Positions 13,290 through 25,800 of a DNA stretch of 64,000 bases are shown here, piece by piece. The number at the start of each line of letters is the position of its first letter. Positions within the stretch are counted from its first letter, which is position 1. The position numbers were made by a program, and so were the translations under genes. The stretch spans positions 1,229,249-1,293,248 of the forward strand of contig BDGG01000005.1 of assembly GCA_001949185.1 (NCBI GenBank). The letters are read 5' to 3'. The stretch is from Ramazzottius varieornatus. Lineage: Eukaryota; Animalia; Tardigrada. Below the pieces are notes generated by a model that ran no database searches, had not been told where the DNA came from, and was given only the letters and a program-made list of their open reading frames with translations.

Positions 13290-14023
13290 TTCGAGCAGGA
13301 CAACCGGTGCCGGAAGTGGCGACGTCAACTGCCTGACCACCAGGGATTCACTCAACTTCAGCTACCAAATGGCTCGCGGAATGGAACACCTTTCCGATAT
13401 TATCTATCGGGATCTCGTAGCCAAAAACATGCTGGTCGACACTGGGAAACTGTCGAAGTCTTAGACTTCGGCATGGCAAAAGAAGGTGCCGGCTACTTCA
13501 CACAAGAAGAGACACAGTATCGCCACACCATGCCATAGTCTTGAGAGTACCTTTGCTCGACGCGCAAATCGATAGCTAATCCCGCTGTAGGCGGGATTAC
13601 CTGTGCGATGGATGGCTCTGGAGTCCTTGAGAAACTCTAATCAAAAATTATACAGTTCGAAGACGGATGTCTGGTCTCTGGGGGTGATGCTGTTGTGGGA
13701 GACGTTCTCCTAGGGCGCGGTTCGGTATGTAGTGGAAGATGTTCTCCACACATGCGTTCAGCCATACATCGACTGGCTTTCCGCCGGAAGTCGACTGCTG
13801 CGCCCTCTTCTCGCACCCTCTTCCGTGTAGATGGTCCACTGTGTACTTCCCATCCTCTATTTCATTCCATCGTTCATCTAATGTTTATAGATACGAGATG
13901 ATGGTGAGCTGCTGGACAAGCAATCCCAAGGACCGTCCGACATTTTCTTCGTTGCGAAGTCAAGTGGACCATTGTATTTCAGCGGACAGCCTCTATCGTT
14001 ATTTACGTTTGGAAGAGCCGTAA
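13290..14023 (+). pseudogene. Receptor tyrosine kinase catalytic-domain pseudogene
   Basis: LNFSYQMARGMEHL, IIYRDLVAKNMLV, frameshift, [39 protein letters not shown]-stop, YEMMVSCW..PKDRPTF. No N-lobe seen. Confidence 0.8.
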
Positions 14024-15448
14024 GAGCAAAATAACGAATATTCTGGCCAGCTGCAGTCCCACACTACAGACGAAAATGATAAGAGTGTTTCCGTAAGCGA
14101 CTAATTTGTTGTCTTAATAGAAGGATTTAACATTCAGTATTTTTCGGTGGTTTCCACATGAAAACCTCGGCGTACCGATCGAACTTCACTTAAGTTCTCT
14201 AATAGCCTGTAATGTCTCGGATTCAAGGCCAGAGTGGTTTACGAGTCTCAAGGGTTATTTCAGCAAAATTAATGAGAAACGATAACGGGTTTCACACCAA
14301 TGGCATCTTAACATTAATCTTTGCCGAGTGGACTTAAGCCTAACGGCAGAGCTCTGTTTCCGGAAAGGGGATCGATACTCGAGCTTCCTCAGACTACGGA
14401 TTGTTCACACTTCCTCCAGACACCAGTCTAGATCTTCATCCACAAAGCCAACGGTCTCACACTTCCTTTGTCCCTTAGTTGCACCCTGTCATACATCGAA
14501 AAAGGATCCATTACTTCCCTGTTCCTGTCTACAGTAGACAGGCCAGAAGAAAAATGAATATACGTAATTACTGGCTCAAGTTGGGCAAAGGAAAAGCTAA
14601 CTTAGGCCGAAGGTCACACCAGTAAAATTGGACGACGGTTCCTGTCTTCTATCTGCTGTTGGGATTTACGTCACTAAAGATGAAAAAGTCTAGTTTGATA
14701 ATCGAATTTCACATGCTCAACGCGCTGCGGAGCGTGACGAGATGGAAACTACAAGAACGGAAGCGGGAGGCCGCAAACTCTGGATGATCGGGTCCAGTGT
14801 TGTCAGCCTGCGAAATACAGACTCGTGATCGGTCGATCACATTACGTAGGCTCGATTGGAATGTAGCTCTTCCCGGAGCGATACAGCTAAAAAGGCTGCA
14901 TCAAAAACATTGTGATTGAAGTAAGGCTTAAGCTGGAGAGAGAACCAGCCCTGTAGGCTATGGCGAGGTCCCTCCACATTATCCCTCCACTGTTGTTGCT
15001 AGAGTGGTGGACATCTGCAAATGTTTGAACAATCGACAGGAATAGAGCGGATCAAGTGTCAGTAAACGTTTTTGGGGGATGATTCGAGCTCCCCACTTTA
15101 CGTATTACAGCCCTAATCGAGAGCGTTGCCTCCATGCATGCCGTCGGCATGTAGCTATTCTTTCGCACTGCTGATTATAGCTTTCTTCCACGGCAGAAAA
15201 ATTCTCCAGTTGCCTCTAACACTTGCATACACGATAAAGAGTGTCGCGCTCGGTTGACGCAGCCACGAGTTTCCCCCATGCTCGGGCATTTTTGGCGATC
15301 TCTCGTTTATCTCAAGAGTTCTTCCTGTGATTACTCTGGTCCAGTTTCAATAAAAAAGACGAGGACCATGCATTTTACAACCTTTGGACTAACTACGCTT
15401 GTGTGAACAATTCTACTTCTACTTCATATCGCTGTCTGCGCCAGCATT

Positions 15449-17886
15449 ATGAGGTCTTCCCTTCAGTTGCTCAATGTATCTTATGGTAAGTGAAAACCTT
15501 TTTGACCATTGTTTCTACTAAGAAACCGGATATCAATTCTTTTAGTGCTGTTCGCTGTTTGGACTACGCCTTGGACACTGGCCGAAGCCAAGAGGACAGC
15601 CGGTGGCGCTCGGGCTCCCGGTGGGTCGCGAGGTTCTAGTGCATCCGGAGTAGCCAAGAGTGGGTCGGCGTATGGAGCTTCCGCTCGCGGAGGATCGGTC
15701 TTGACTCCGGCTAATGGCGCTGCGACAGGGTTCAGCAGTGCAGGTGGATTTGCCGGTGCCAGCGTGGCCAGCAGCCGAACAGCATTCGGGTTCTCTAACA
15801 GTATCACCAAAGCCCGAGACAAGATCTCGCATTCCATGAAAAGCATCGTTCGACCAAAAGCAAAAATCACGCGGCCATCTGTTCATCGTCCGGTCAAACC
15901 TTTAGTCAATCCATCATACAGTACATACTACGGTAAGCGATCGCTCATAATTTTTGCGAGCAACAAACCCAACCATTTTATTACTCCACACGTATATTCG
16001 ACCGCGGCAAACCACCTCGGCTAGATCCTTTTCTCAAGTGGCGCACGTTTCTAATGTTACCGACTGGAAACGTGCGTCGCTTCGAAAACGATCTGGCGTC
16101 GAGTCTGTTTGCCGAGCTTCCATTCTTGTTTTGGGCGGCAGGTAAGAAGAAGGGTCTCTCGACCGGGAAGTTGGTAATGGCCGGTGTGGGCGGTTACTTC
16201 CTCGGAAGGATACTCGGGCGAATGGCCAGTCCTTCGCACGAGCAGTACCCACCATATTACAGTGACTATGTTCCCTACCGTTCGAGGTTCGCCACTCAAG
16301 CTCCAGCCGCCCCGGTGGTCATTCCTTCCTCATCCATTCCAAGTCCAGCTGCTGCGGCATCGGCCAACAAGAACGTCGACGTGTGTCTGCTTTATCGCTG
16401 GAACCAAGAGCTGCCCTTCACCGAAACACCCAATATGGCTATCGATTTTCTGGCCAATGACACCGTTTCCGGTAGCAATATACAGTCCAAGGCCGGGTTA
16501 GTACTTTGCCCACTTACCATTGGTGTGATTGGAAGAACGACAGCAGCTGAAGATTTGTGAGGATAATTAAGTCTGAATACCAATCTTCTTTCTTTCTTTC
16601 TTCCTTCCTTCCCCTTGTGTAGGTTCATGTTCAACTTCCTGGAACGGACGATGAATACATTTGGTTTACTTAACAACTCCGTGTCAATATTTGAAATCCC
16701 CAGCGGATACAACATGCGCCAGTGCAACTTCCAGACGTCAGAAGAGCCACTCATCACATCGATGAAACACTTGAAGAACCTTTACTCAAATGTTAGCCCA
16801 GACTGGAGGCTATTCGAAGGTAATTACCCTACTCTAGCTTTTCTTGCTCATTCAAACTCAATCCGCAATTAGCAAGCCGGCAAAAGAAACGCACACGTTT
16901 TCGTTGTTAACGGCTGTAGGCGTGCGCCACTAAGGACACGAATTCCATGCGTTTCGTTTGTCGGCCTTCCGATTCTTTTCGTCGCTAACTTTGAAGCTCT
17001 TAGTGTATCGATATGCACCTAGTCTCACCTTTGAAAGTGGTCCTTTCCTTTTGTAGACCTCGTCGAAGCGGCGCAGTCCTGCATACCCCAGTTCGGCGAC
17101 CCACTGAAGCCGCAAGTCTTTCCTTGTCTTGACTACGCCATTGACGCGAATCAGGTCCTAAATTTGTCCAAGCCAGACTCCATATTCAACAACGACGAAC
17201 TTTGCCGGTCAGTATACCTCGTTGCTGTAACCACAGAATAGAATGCAACAACACTAGTGACCAACAAAATTCTATTCATAATTTCTTTAGAGACTTACTC
17301 AGTCCGAAGTTGCTTCAATGCGCTCCGAACAACGAGGACGAATGCACCATCCATCACCTCCTTACCATCAATATGTTCGTCCGAGATTTCTACCTGTGTT
17401 CCGAACCCGTCCACCGAGACACCGTAGGTGGAACAACATTGGAATCGTGGGAATGTACAGTGTACCAAAAAATTAACCGTCGAAAACGCGTGTTATAGGG
17501 AGCCAGATGGAAATGGCCAATGTAATTTGCGCATGCGGCGAATCAAAACCGTAATTGGTCACAGGATAATTAAGCTCCCGTTTAAATGTCACGCCCATTA
17601 TCGACGGTTAATTTTTTTTTGGTACACTATATTTCTCTCCTCAATCATATTCTGTTTCAAATATGTTTCAGATGATACGGCTACAAGATGACGCTTTTCT
17701 GCGAGACTTTCAGAATACAAACGCCGCTTCCTCAATTTCCCTTCCACGTAAGTGTTTGCATGAACTGATATCAATATAAATTATCGAAACGTTCAAATTC
17801 AACTTGTTGTAGGTTTCGGCTTACGCTCCTTATTTTTCCTGCTACTGTCCTTCACTCCCTCTTTCGTAGTTTTATTGTTGTATTGA
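15449..17886 (+). CDS. Uncharacterised secreted, probably GPI-anchored Gly/Ser-rich protein; apparent 1-nt frameshift near 17119
   Basis: Inferred exons 15449-15485, 15546-15932, 16142-16496, 16623-16819, 17057-~17208, ~17291-17424, ~17672-17747, 17813-17886. N-terminal signal peptide (..VLFAVWTTPWTLAEA). C-terminal NAASS + hydrophobic tail (LRSLFFLLLSFTPSFVVLLLY). Confidence 0.6.
16004..16120. repeat. Intronic palindrome family A (GPI-type gene)
   Basis: CGGCAAAC..AGATCCTTTTCTCAAGTGGCGCACGTTTC..GAAACGTGCGTCGCTTCGAAAACGATCT..GTTTGCCG. Confidence 0.85.
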
Positions 17887-18065
17887 ATCTACGATTCTAA
17901 AATTTCAAGAAGAAAAGTACGGTCGATCAAATAGCACAAGAATGTTGAATTACGGTATGCACCTGCTGTATGGTTGATTATGAACGGTAAACCGGACTGA
18001 AGTCTGGACTGACTAACCTTCCAGGTCAGCAGACGACGCGTGCGCAGCTACAACTTAAGCCACCC

Positions 18066-21000
18066 TCACAGAAAGTACATACCGCCATTCTTGAAGTCGT
18101 CACTGAGGGTAACCTTTCGGTTGATATCCTGCAGCGCCTCCCGTCGCTTAAGGGCGTTGTCACTTCCCAAATCCGGATACCTGAACGAACTGCAGATTAA
18201 ACGACTAGAAAGCTGCGGCTGTCAAAAGAAGCACTCTGTGGGGTGAGACTTACATGCCGTCGCCAAGATGATCCCGAGCTCGGAAGGCTGCGTGATGAGC
18301 GTAGTAGACGGGAATCGGCAAGGACACACTGCGGGTACAACGAGCGTATCCATAGGCCAAACTGTAGGACAGTTCTTGCAGCTGGTCCGCCGTGAGGTGG
18401 TTTTGGTCCAACAGAACGATGTAGTGCGCTGGACGCGAAGTACCCTGTTGGAGAAACATTGGTAAATCCAGTTCATGCCGGTACATCGAGAGACACGAAG
18501 AACTGAATTTACGATACGTACCTGTATTCCGTAATGGCTGACCATGTACCAATCAAAGATCTCAACGCCACAGAAATCCTTGTCCGCCACAGTTCCTACA
18601 CCCCAGAACAACATAAGAAGCACAACTGGTGTTGTTAGAAGCAGCTATGATAAACGGAAGCTCCCGTTACCTGGAGGAACGTTGGCAGCTTTCCCAACTC
18701 CTTCTCGATCGTTCTTGCACTTCATACGAGTGATATGGCGTTTGGTCACCACAATGCATGTGATCTTGGGTTCTTTCTTGTACAGCCTGGAGTAAGCTCG
18801 AACGATGGCAGCAAATTCGTACGTCAAGATCTACGATACACCAAAGAGCCGTTAGTCAACTCAGATATACGCTGTATGCGCCGACATTTCGGAAGAAATG
18901 GGGAAACCTGAGAATACTGGCCCTCGCTGACACCATCACGGTAGTAGAAGATCATATCGGGAGCTTCTTTGTGGGCCACGAAGAGTCGAGTGACCATGTC
19001 TTCCAAGTTCTCAATGATCTCCAGCAATTTACCGCCGACATTAACTTGAGCCCTGATCTCCGCCTTGTACTTCAGCAGCTTTGTATCCGTGCTACCCACC
19101 ACCGCAGCCAACGAAGGCCGCGACCGCAAAGCGCCACCTACAAACGCAAAACAGCCAACAAGGGTGAAACATCAATGGAACGTCGGCGATCTTTTTCACC
19201 CAAATTTCTATGTCAAGTGGCGCACGATTGCAATATTCTCGGCTGAGAATGTGCGCCACCCAGAAAACGATCTGGGTGAATTCAGTTGCCGACGTCTTCC
19301 ATACAGTACACCCATTATCAGTCTCCTGATCAAGCAAGTATTTGAATATGGAACCTTGACAAAAACTCTAAACACGATCTCGCTTACCTCCGGGATGCGT
19401 AACATCGGCGCCAATGACCATAACCTGTACGACAAGAAATGCTATACTGTTTGAAAACATCTAACGTTTCTTAACAACTGACCAGAAGTAAGACAATGTA
19501 CAGTATCACCTTTTTGGCTGTGATAAAAGCTGGCAACTGCGGTTTATGGTTGCTCCCACCCAGCTTGACATTCACCTTCCGCAGGATGTTCGCCATGCAC
19601 CGATCATTTGCGTTTTTGCCCTTGATCACTTGGCTTCTTACGCCCAGGTCAACATCACCCATTTGCTTGATAGCCTTATACAAATACTCATCCATGACGA
19701 CGAAGAAGATCAACTGAAGGTCTTTGTCTTTAATGTCGGTGATATGGTCTTTCAGGTTCTTCATGACGTTACGAGGGTTCAGTTCCAGTTCGTGCCACGG
19801 GTCGGCGATATTCATACCCAGTGTCCCTCCAGTCCTCTTGAGGTCTCCCACGAACCGATTTTCCTTCCGAGCGCCCAACCAAATCAGGATCCAGTGCTGT
19901 AGATGTTTGGGTTCTTCCAGTCGGTCACGGTCGGACTGCCAGGACTGCCCGTGTTGGGTACTGACTGAGAAGGACTTATTACCCTGTGTGATCTGTGGAG
20001 TTGGTAAGACGCGAGCTTGGACTACGGCCATATTATTACCGATGACCACACCGAATTCGTTCAAGACGTTGTTCTCAGGTTGAGCGATCTTTAGGCGTTC
20101 TTGCTGGGTCGCCGCCATTCGATCAGGCGCTAAAAAGAAACTACACATAAATCACTTATAGTGAAATAGAGAATAAAAATCGTAAGTGAAGCAACAATGA
20201 AAGGCGAAAACAGTTACTAATAGTTGTGAGTCTGGCAAACAAACTCAACGAGATGGCTTCTTCAGGGGACGCACATTCCAGTGCTGTTTGCTGAAAGCGT
20301 GCGCCACTTGGCCAACTGATTTTGTTGTGCCGAGCTCCCGATTGCTGAAAGGGCCACCGGTGTACTTCTAATGAGGCTCAGACTTACCAGGCGCTGCACA
20401 CAGTTTGATCATCGCTTGTATAACCTGCTGTGACGCCCGGTCACCTATCTGTTGGTTCTTCTTGACCATACAGATTTCCATGGGAAGGTAGACAGGCCGC
20501 TGTGGATCGGTCGACGCCTAAGTTGAAACAGGTCAAAATCAAGACTAACCGACCAGCTAGACACGACATCGATAGAGCGGCACTGTGACAGTCCTTACTT
20601 GGATCAGTTGAAGCTTAGGGTACTTTAACACGATGTTGTAATGTGTAAGAAAGTACTGCTGGACGGTGATTTGACGTGGTGGTTGACCTTCTTCCTGCAG
20701 AGGGAACTTGGTATCGCTAGCTCCTCGCTGTGAGAGACCTCGAACTGTCTTGGTCGCTTCGTACGACTTCTGGGTCGGAGTAGCCGCCGTCTTGTACGTG
20801 ACTTTTAGGTTCTTTAGGTATTCTTCTGTGAAGTACGCTCCATCCTCGCTGAACGTGAAGGTAGCGGCGTTCGGGTTTTTCGCTGGCGGGATATCGGCAC
20901 CCCGATCGCGCAGGTAGTCGAGAACCAGTTGAACTTTGTAGAAGGCACCTTCGGATGTGTTCAAGACTAGGGCTAGACCATGTGCTAGTCCTGACATGCG

Positions 21001-22389
21001 AATACTCTACAATAGGAAGCGATAAGAAACACAGAACATGATAGCATAGACTACCGTACGCGCGTACCGCAAAGACTTTACGCATGGTTTCCAGTCCTTC
21101 CGGTAATCGGGTCTTCTGCGATGGTACGAACAGCGATCGTCCGACTTCGATGACATGTTGGGAGGAGAGAAAACCCTGACGGAAAATAGTGTCTAGAGCC
21201 CGCTGCCGATCCTCGACCGTCATGCCCAAGTAGTCCAGCTTGTTCTTCCTTAGCGACTCTTGCATTGCTGCTGCTTTGAAGTCGCGCACCTTGTTCAGCG
21301 TCACAGTCACCTACAATCGGCAATCCAGATTACTGCAATTAGACAACACATAGAAGAGTCTGATATAAAATCACCTGGTATTCTCGAGAGTCACCATCGA
21401 CTTTCATGACAAAGTTGACCGTTCGTTCTCCTGCGAATGGGAGACTTTTGGCGGAGAAGACTTCGTCCGCCTTGTTGAAAGCAATTTCCATGCCACGCCC
21501 ACCACCAAGAACCAGTTCAGGGTTCTGCTGACGAAACTTGGACATAATCTCACGCTTCAAGGCTGGACGCAGAGGGGAAGGGACTGGCTTGCCGTTGGCG
21601 GAAGCGGCCAGTTTCAGAGAGTACCAGTGGATTTCGGAACCGTCCTTGAAGTGAATATCGTAATGGTTGACTGCGATAAGGATCGGTACACCTCGGGTAC
21701 CAAAGCCATTCGGAGGTCGTTGCATTGGGGCCTGAAGAGGGCCCGACGACAAGCTCAGCGCCTGCATGGAAGTTGCTGGAACATCGGCCTCGGCCGACTT
21801 GGACGCGGTCGGCTTGTTCTCCGATTTCGCTACAGGTGGATCTTGTCTTTGACGATCTTCGGGAACTGTCAATGGACCTGAAAAACAATCAGACATGAGG
21901 CATCTTTGACTTCACTTCGTCCGGTTACTTTATCCGACAAGAACGGTTTACGGCATGACACGTACAGTAAAACGATCTACTTCCGATTCGAATCACTTTC
22001 TGCTATCAGCGGTATCACCAACCTGCGACGCTCGGAATGGAGGTAGAAGGACTGCCTGCAGCTCTTGGTTGTGATACTTGCGGCACGGGAGCAGGCTGAG
22101 GCTGGACTGGGCGAGCTCCCCATGCGTTTCCTTGTGGTCCCGAAACGGAGACAGCTGATGGTGGCGCAACAGGTGCCACATCAGCGCGTGGTTGGACGGG
22201 CTGCGGTCTTTGCTGGGCAGACTGGGGTGGTGGAAAGTTCTCACGATCACCCCCGTCGTCTCGACCTCCACGATCGTGCCCTCCACGTTCATTTCTACCT
22301 TGTCCTCCGCGACCTCGGTTACTTACGCCGCGTCCTCGCTGTTCTCCCCTACCTCTTCCACCCCTTCCGCCTCGTCCACGATCACTCAT
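18066..22389 (-). CDS. Argonaute (AGO-clade, divergent), multi-exon, RGG-rich N-terminus
   Basis: N domain ([14 protein letters not shown]), PAZ ([24 protein letters not shown]), MID ([18 protein letters not shown]), PIWI with [48 protein letters not shown], ending MYFL-stop. Confidence 0.95.
19180..19296. repeat. Intronic palindrome family A (Argonaute)
   Basis: CGTCGGC..CAAGTGGCGCAC..GTGCGCCAC..GCCGACG. Confidence 0.8.
20234..20340. repeat. Intronic palindrome family A (Argonaute)
   Basis: GGCAAACAAACTC..GACGCAC..GTGCGCCACTTGG..TGCCGAGCTC. Confidence 0.8.
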
Positions 22390-22868
22390 GATGGACCACA
22401 GAAAAGCGAGAATACGAAACGATGTTCAGTAATCTGCAAGTAATATCGACTTCGGGAAAAATCAGAGAACGAAACTATGTTGGGTGGGAATCTCAGACGG
22501 AAAAATCTGCTATTAAGGTTGAGTCGTAGTGCAGCTGCTTGCAAACTCGCTAATCGCGCACCACACCCTTCTGAATATTCAACGAGCTCGGCGATAAAGC
22601 TGCTTATCCGTACAGTTTGTTTGCATTCCAAGTGAGAAGTACCCAGACACAGCAGAATTTCAGGCGTCTGTCGATGAGCACATTCAAGTTGGAATGCGAA
22701 AACAAGGATTGTATGTAACTCGCCTTAACAGCCGTCGATAAAACCGCTGTTTAAGTTTGTGCTCTCTTTTCCCCGTCCAGTTTTACAAATGTTGAATCGC
22801 TGTAACGAAATCATAAGCCACAATTCGGGCTTCACAGCACTGCAGCAATCGGGAAAAAAGAGATCATA

Positions 22869-25800
22869 CCGTGTAGGCAAATAAGCTACTCTAAAAGGGG
22901 GCGGCAGTTATGGGCGTACATCAAAGTACTATTGACCAACAGATAACATTCAGCGGCAATTCAGTTGATGAAATTTGATCATAAAACCAGAACGTCAAAA
23001 ACATAAAACACGAAACTGTATGAGGTAAAACAAGAAAGTCTACCTGTAAAACTGAAATCATGAGGTTAGTAAGGAATGCGAGCACCGAAATTATTAATAC
23101 AATCAGTCATTCTATCAAACATCGAATTCACCAGGTTGCTGCATTATTCGGGAGTCACGATCGCTTTTCACGCTTCTTGGATAAGAGTGTCCAGCTCCAC
23201 CAGATTTTTCGGTCTTCGGTCACAAATATACATATTCATTTTTCCCCAGACATTTTCGATGACCTTAAGGTCCGGAGATCGTGAAGGTCATGTCAAAACC
23301 TAAGATAGACGGACTGTAGACTTATATATTCGGAAGTACGTTCAAAATTTGATCAGTAAACGATGTGAAATTTGATATGCGAGACTTACTTCTATTCCTT
23401 CCCGCCAAAAGAATTGCCTCATCTTTCTGGAAGTGTGGATTGGACATTTGTCTTGCTGAAATGTCAGATCCCGTCCATGCTTATCCAAGAAAGGCAGCAG
23501 GCGCTCAAACAACGTATCCTCATATACGTCAGAATTAATCCGACCATCTACCCTGATCAACGCTACAGGTCCGGTCGCGGTGATGGCGCCCCACAGCATT
23601 ATCCCGCCTTTGATGCGAGTGGCAACAGGAACTTGCAAGTCCGTATCGTGACGATTCTCCCCTTCCAAATACCAGCACTAAAATAAATAGAATAAATAGA
23701 GCAAATAGAATGAAAAGAATAAATAAAATAAATATAATAAATAAAATAAATATGATCACCTCAATCTTGCCACCATGGAAATTGAAACGGACTTCATCGC
23801 TGAAAATGACTTCGTGGAACATTGTAGGGTTCTTCAGAAGAAGCTCCCGCTGAATAAGGCACCAGAAGACGCGATTGTCCCTATGCTCCTGGGTGAGCTC
23901 ATCCAGGACAGCTTTGGATCGGCGGGCCTTAAAATCGCGTAGACGGTTTGATAGTGTCTTGCGACCCAGTCCAACTCCCTGTCCAACTTCCTGTCGATAG
24001 GAGCAGACTACCGTACAGTTCTCGCTCTTGTTTGCGCAGGAGAAGCTATCCCTCATCTTTACCTGGCTAGTTGGCTTCGTTGCCCTGGTTTGCCTGGAGA
24101 GTGTCTGCATGGTCTACTCGCTAGTCCTGACGGCTCACATGCATCACGTAAGTTTCTTAATGTCCAGTGAAGAAGCCGGACGTTTTTCTGGTAGAAGAAA
24201 GAGCAACATCAACCACGGAAGTGGGAAATCTGTCTGCGCACGCACATGCACAATACGGTTACCATATGACGCTACCGAGATTCGAGAGGCACTCAGTCAG
24301 CACACTTTATGCGGTTTCCGCAAGGGAAATACTCGATTTCCCTACATTTTTTGTAAGATGGATGGACTTGACGACTACATGACAAGCATGGCCTTTGAAG
24401 ATGCCAGCTGGAACGATAAGCACTCACGTTCTAATCATAAATTCCTTTAACCCTCCTGTATCGATCTCCAGGGCGGTTCTCAAGGACCCGCCTACACCTT
24501 AGTATCTTTGTGCCCTTGATGTCGCGTAAAAGCCCTTCTGAAGTGACAGCGTGGTGACCGAGACCGGAACGACAAAAATCACACATGTACAAGAAACCTG
24601 CAGCAAACTGCCTTTTCTTTGTTCCCAGGGTCTCGACGGTTTGTTGGAAGCGGAGCTCGGGTTCTTTATCAGTCGCCTACTAGTCAACGTAAGGTGTCTC
24701 TCTCCCTCTGGCCCCATTCTAGCCTACGGTAGCTCAGCTCGGAATGTGGATGGTTCTTCGGACTAACCCGTTCTTGTGTTTCAGGGTCTTGCAGTGTACA
24801 GCATCGTGAGTTTCTACAGAGAACTCGCCACGGGACGCACGTGGAAGCCTCTCCAGAGCAACTTCCTGTGAAGTCGGGCCTTCCTCTAAAACTTCCTTCG
24901 TGGAATCTACCTTTGATGCACAGCTCCTACGAAATCGTTAACGAATCTAATACTGTTGTGCCTTTGAGCTTCAGATGCTGTCACCTTTCATTGTGCAACT
25001 TTACTGTACTCAAGTAGCCTCTTTATCGTTTACGTCAACGCTTATGAAAATTCAAGAAGTTCGAGACGGATGAAACAGGTTCCTACCTGAAAATGGGCTT
25101 TGGTAAAGAAGGGAGTTCGTCCACTGGCAGCACTGTCTTTGTCGCGGAAAAGGTTCTTTACGAGGTTGCGCAGTTCGGCGGCGCATTTTCCAAGTCATGA
25201 TCCTTTTCGGTGCTCTTCTTGCCGCCAACAACACCGCCATAAACATCCTCGAGGTTTGCGTAACTTCGGATTCCTTCGGGAAACTCACCGGTATCTTGTA
25301 ACTGCTTCGCCAACTCGAGAAGCTTCGGGAGATGAACGTCTTCATTCTCCGAATTCATCCCGTCCCAGTTCACTTCATATTCCCGCACTAGAGACCGTAG
25401 ACAGCACAGCTGCGCTTCATGGCGCTTCGCCACTTCCGGTGCGAGGGTCTCCCGTTTCTCTTCCAGCCACTGCTTTAGCTCCAATTCGCATTCTTTCACC
25501 GGCTCGTACATCAGATCTTTGGACAGGAACCTTCTTGTGAAGGTCCTTAGCGAAGCAAGCTTGGCGCCGCTAAGCTCTCGATTCGCCTGGATGAATCCCA
25601 GCAAATCGGCGTCCTGCTCAGTGGTCGTCGCACGAGGTCTTCCTTTTGGCTTGGCAACTTTGCGCTTTTTCGTTGCCTCATCGTAATTAACGATGATATT
25701 CTGCACCCACTTGTAGCTCTTTCCCACGAGCCGTCTAACTGCGCTGTAGTTCCTGTTGTTTTGTGCAAAACACCTAAAAACAAGACCAACAAGGTCTGGA

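Noticed and set aside
23679-23758. Transmembrane segment ILFIIFILFILF in ORF 23535..24110
   Set aside because: Read-through of an AT-rich intronic minisatellite.
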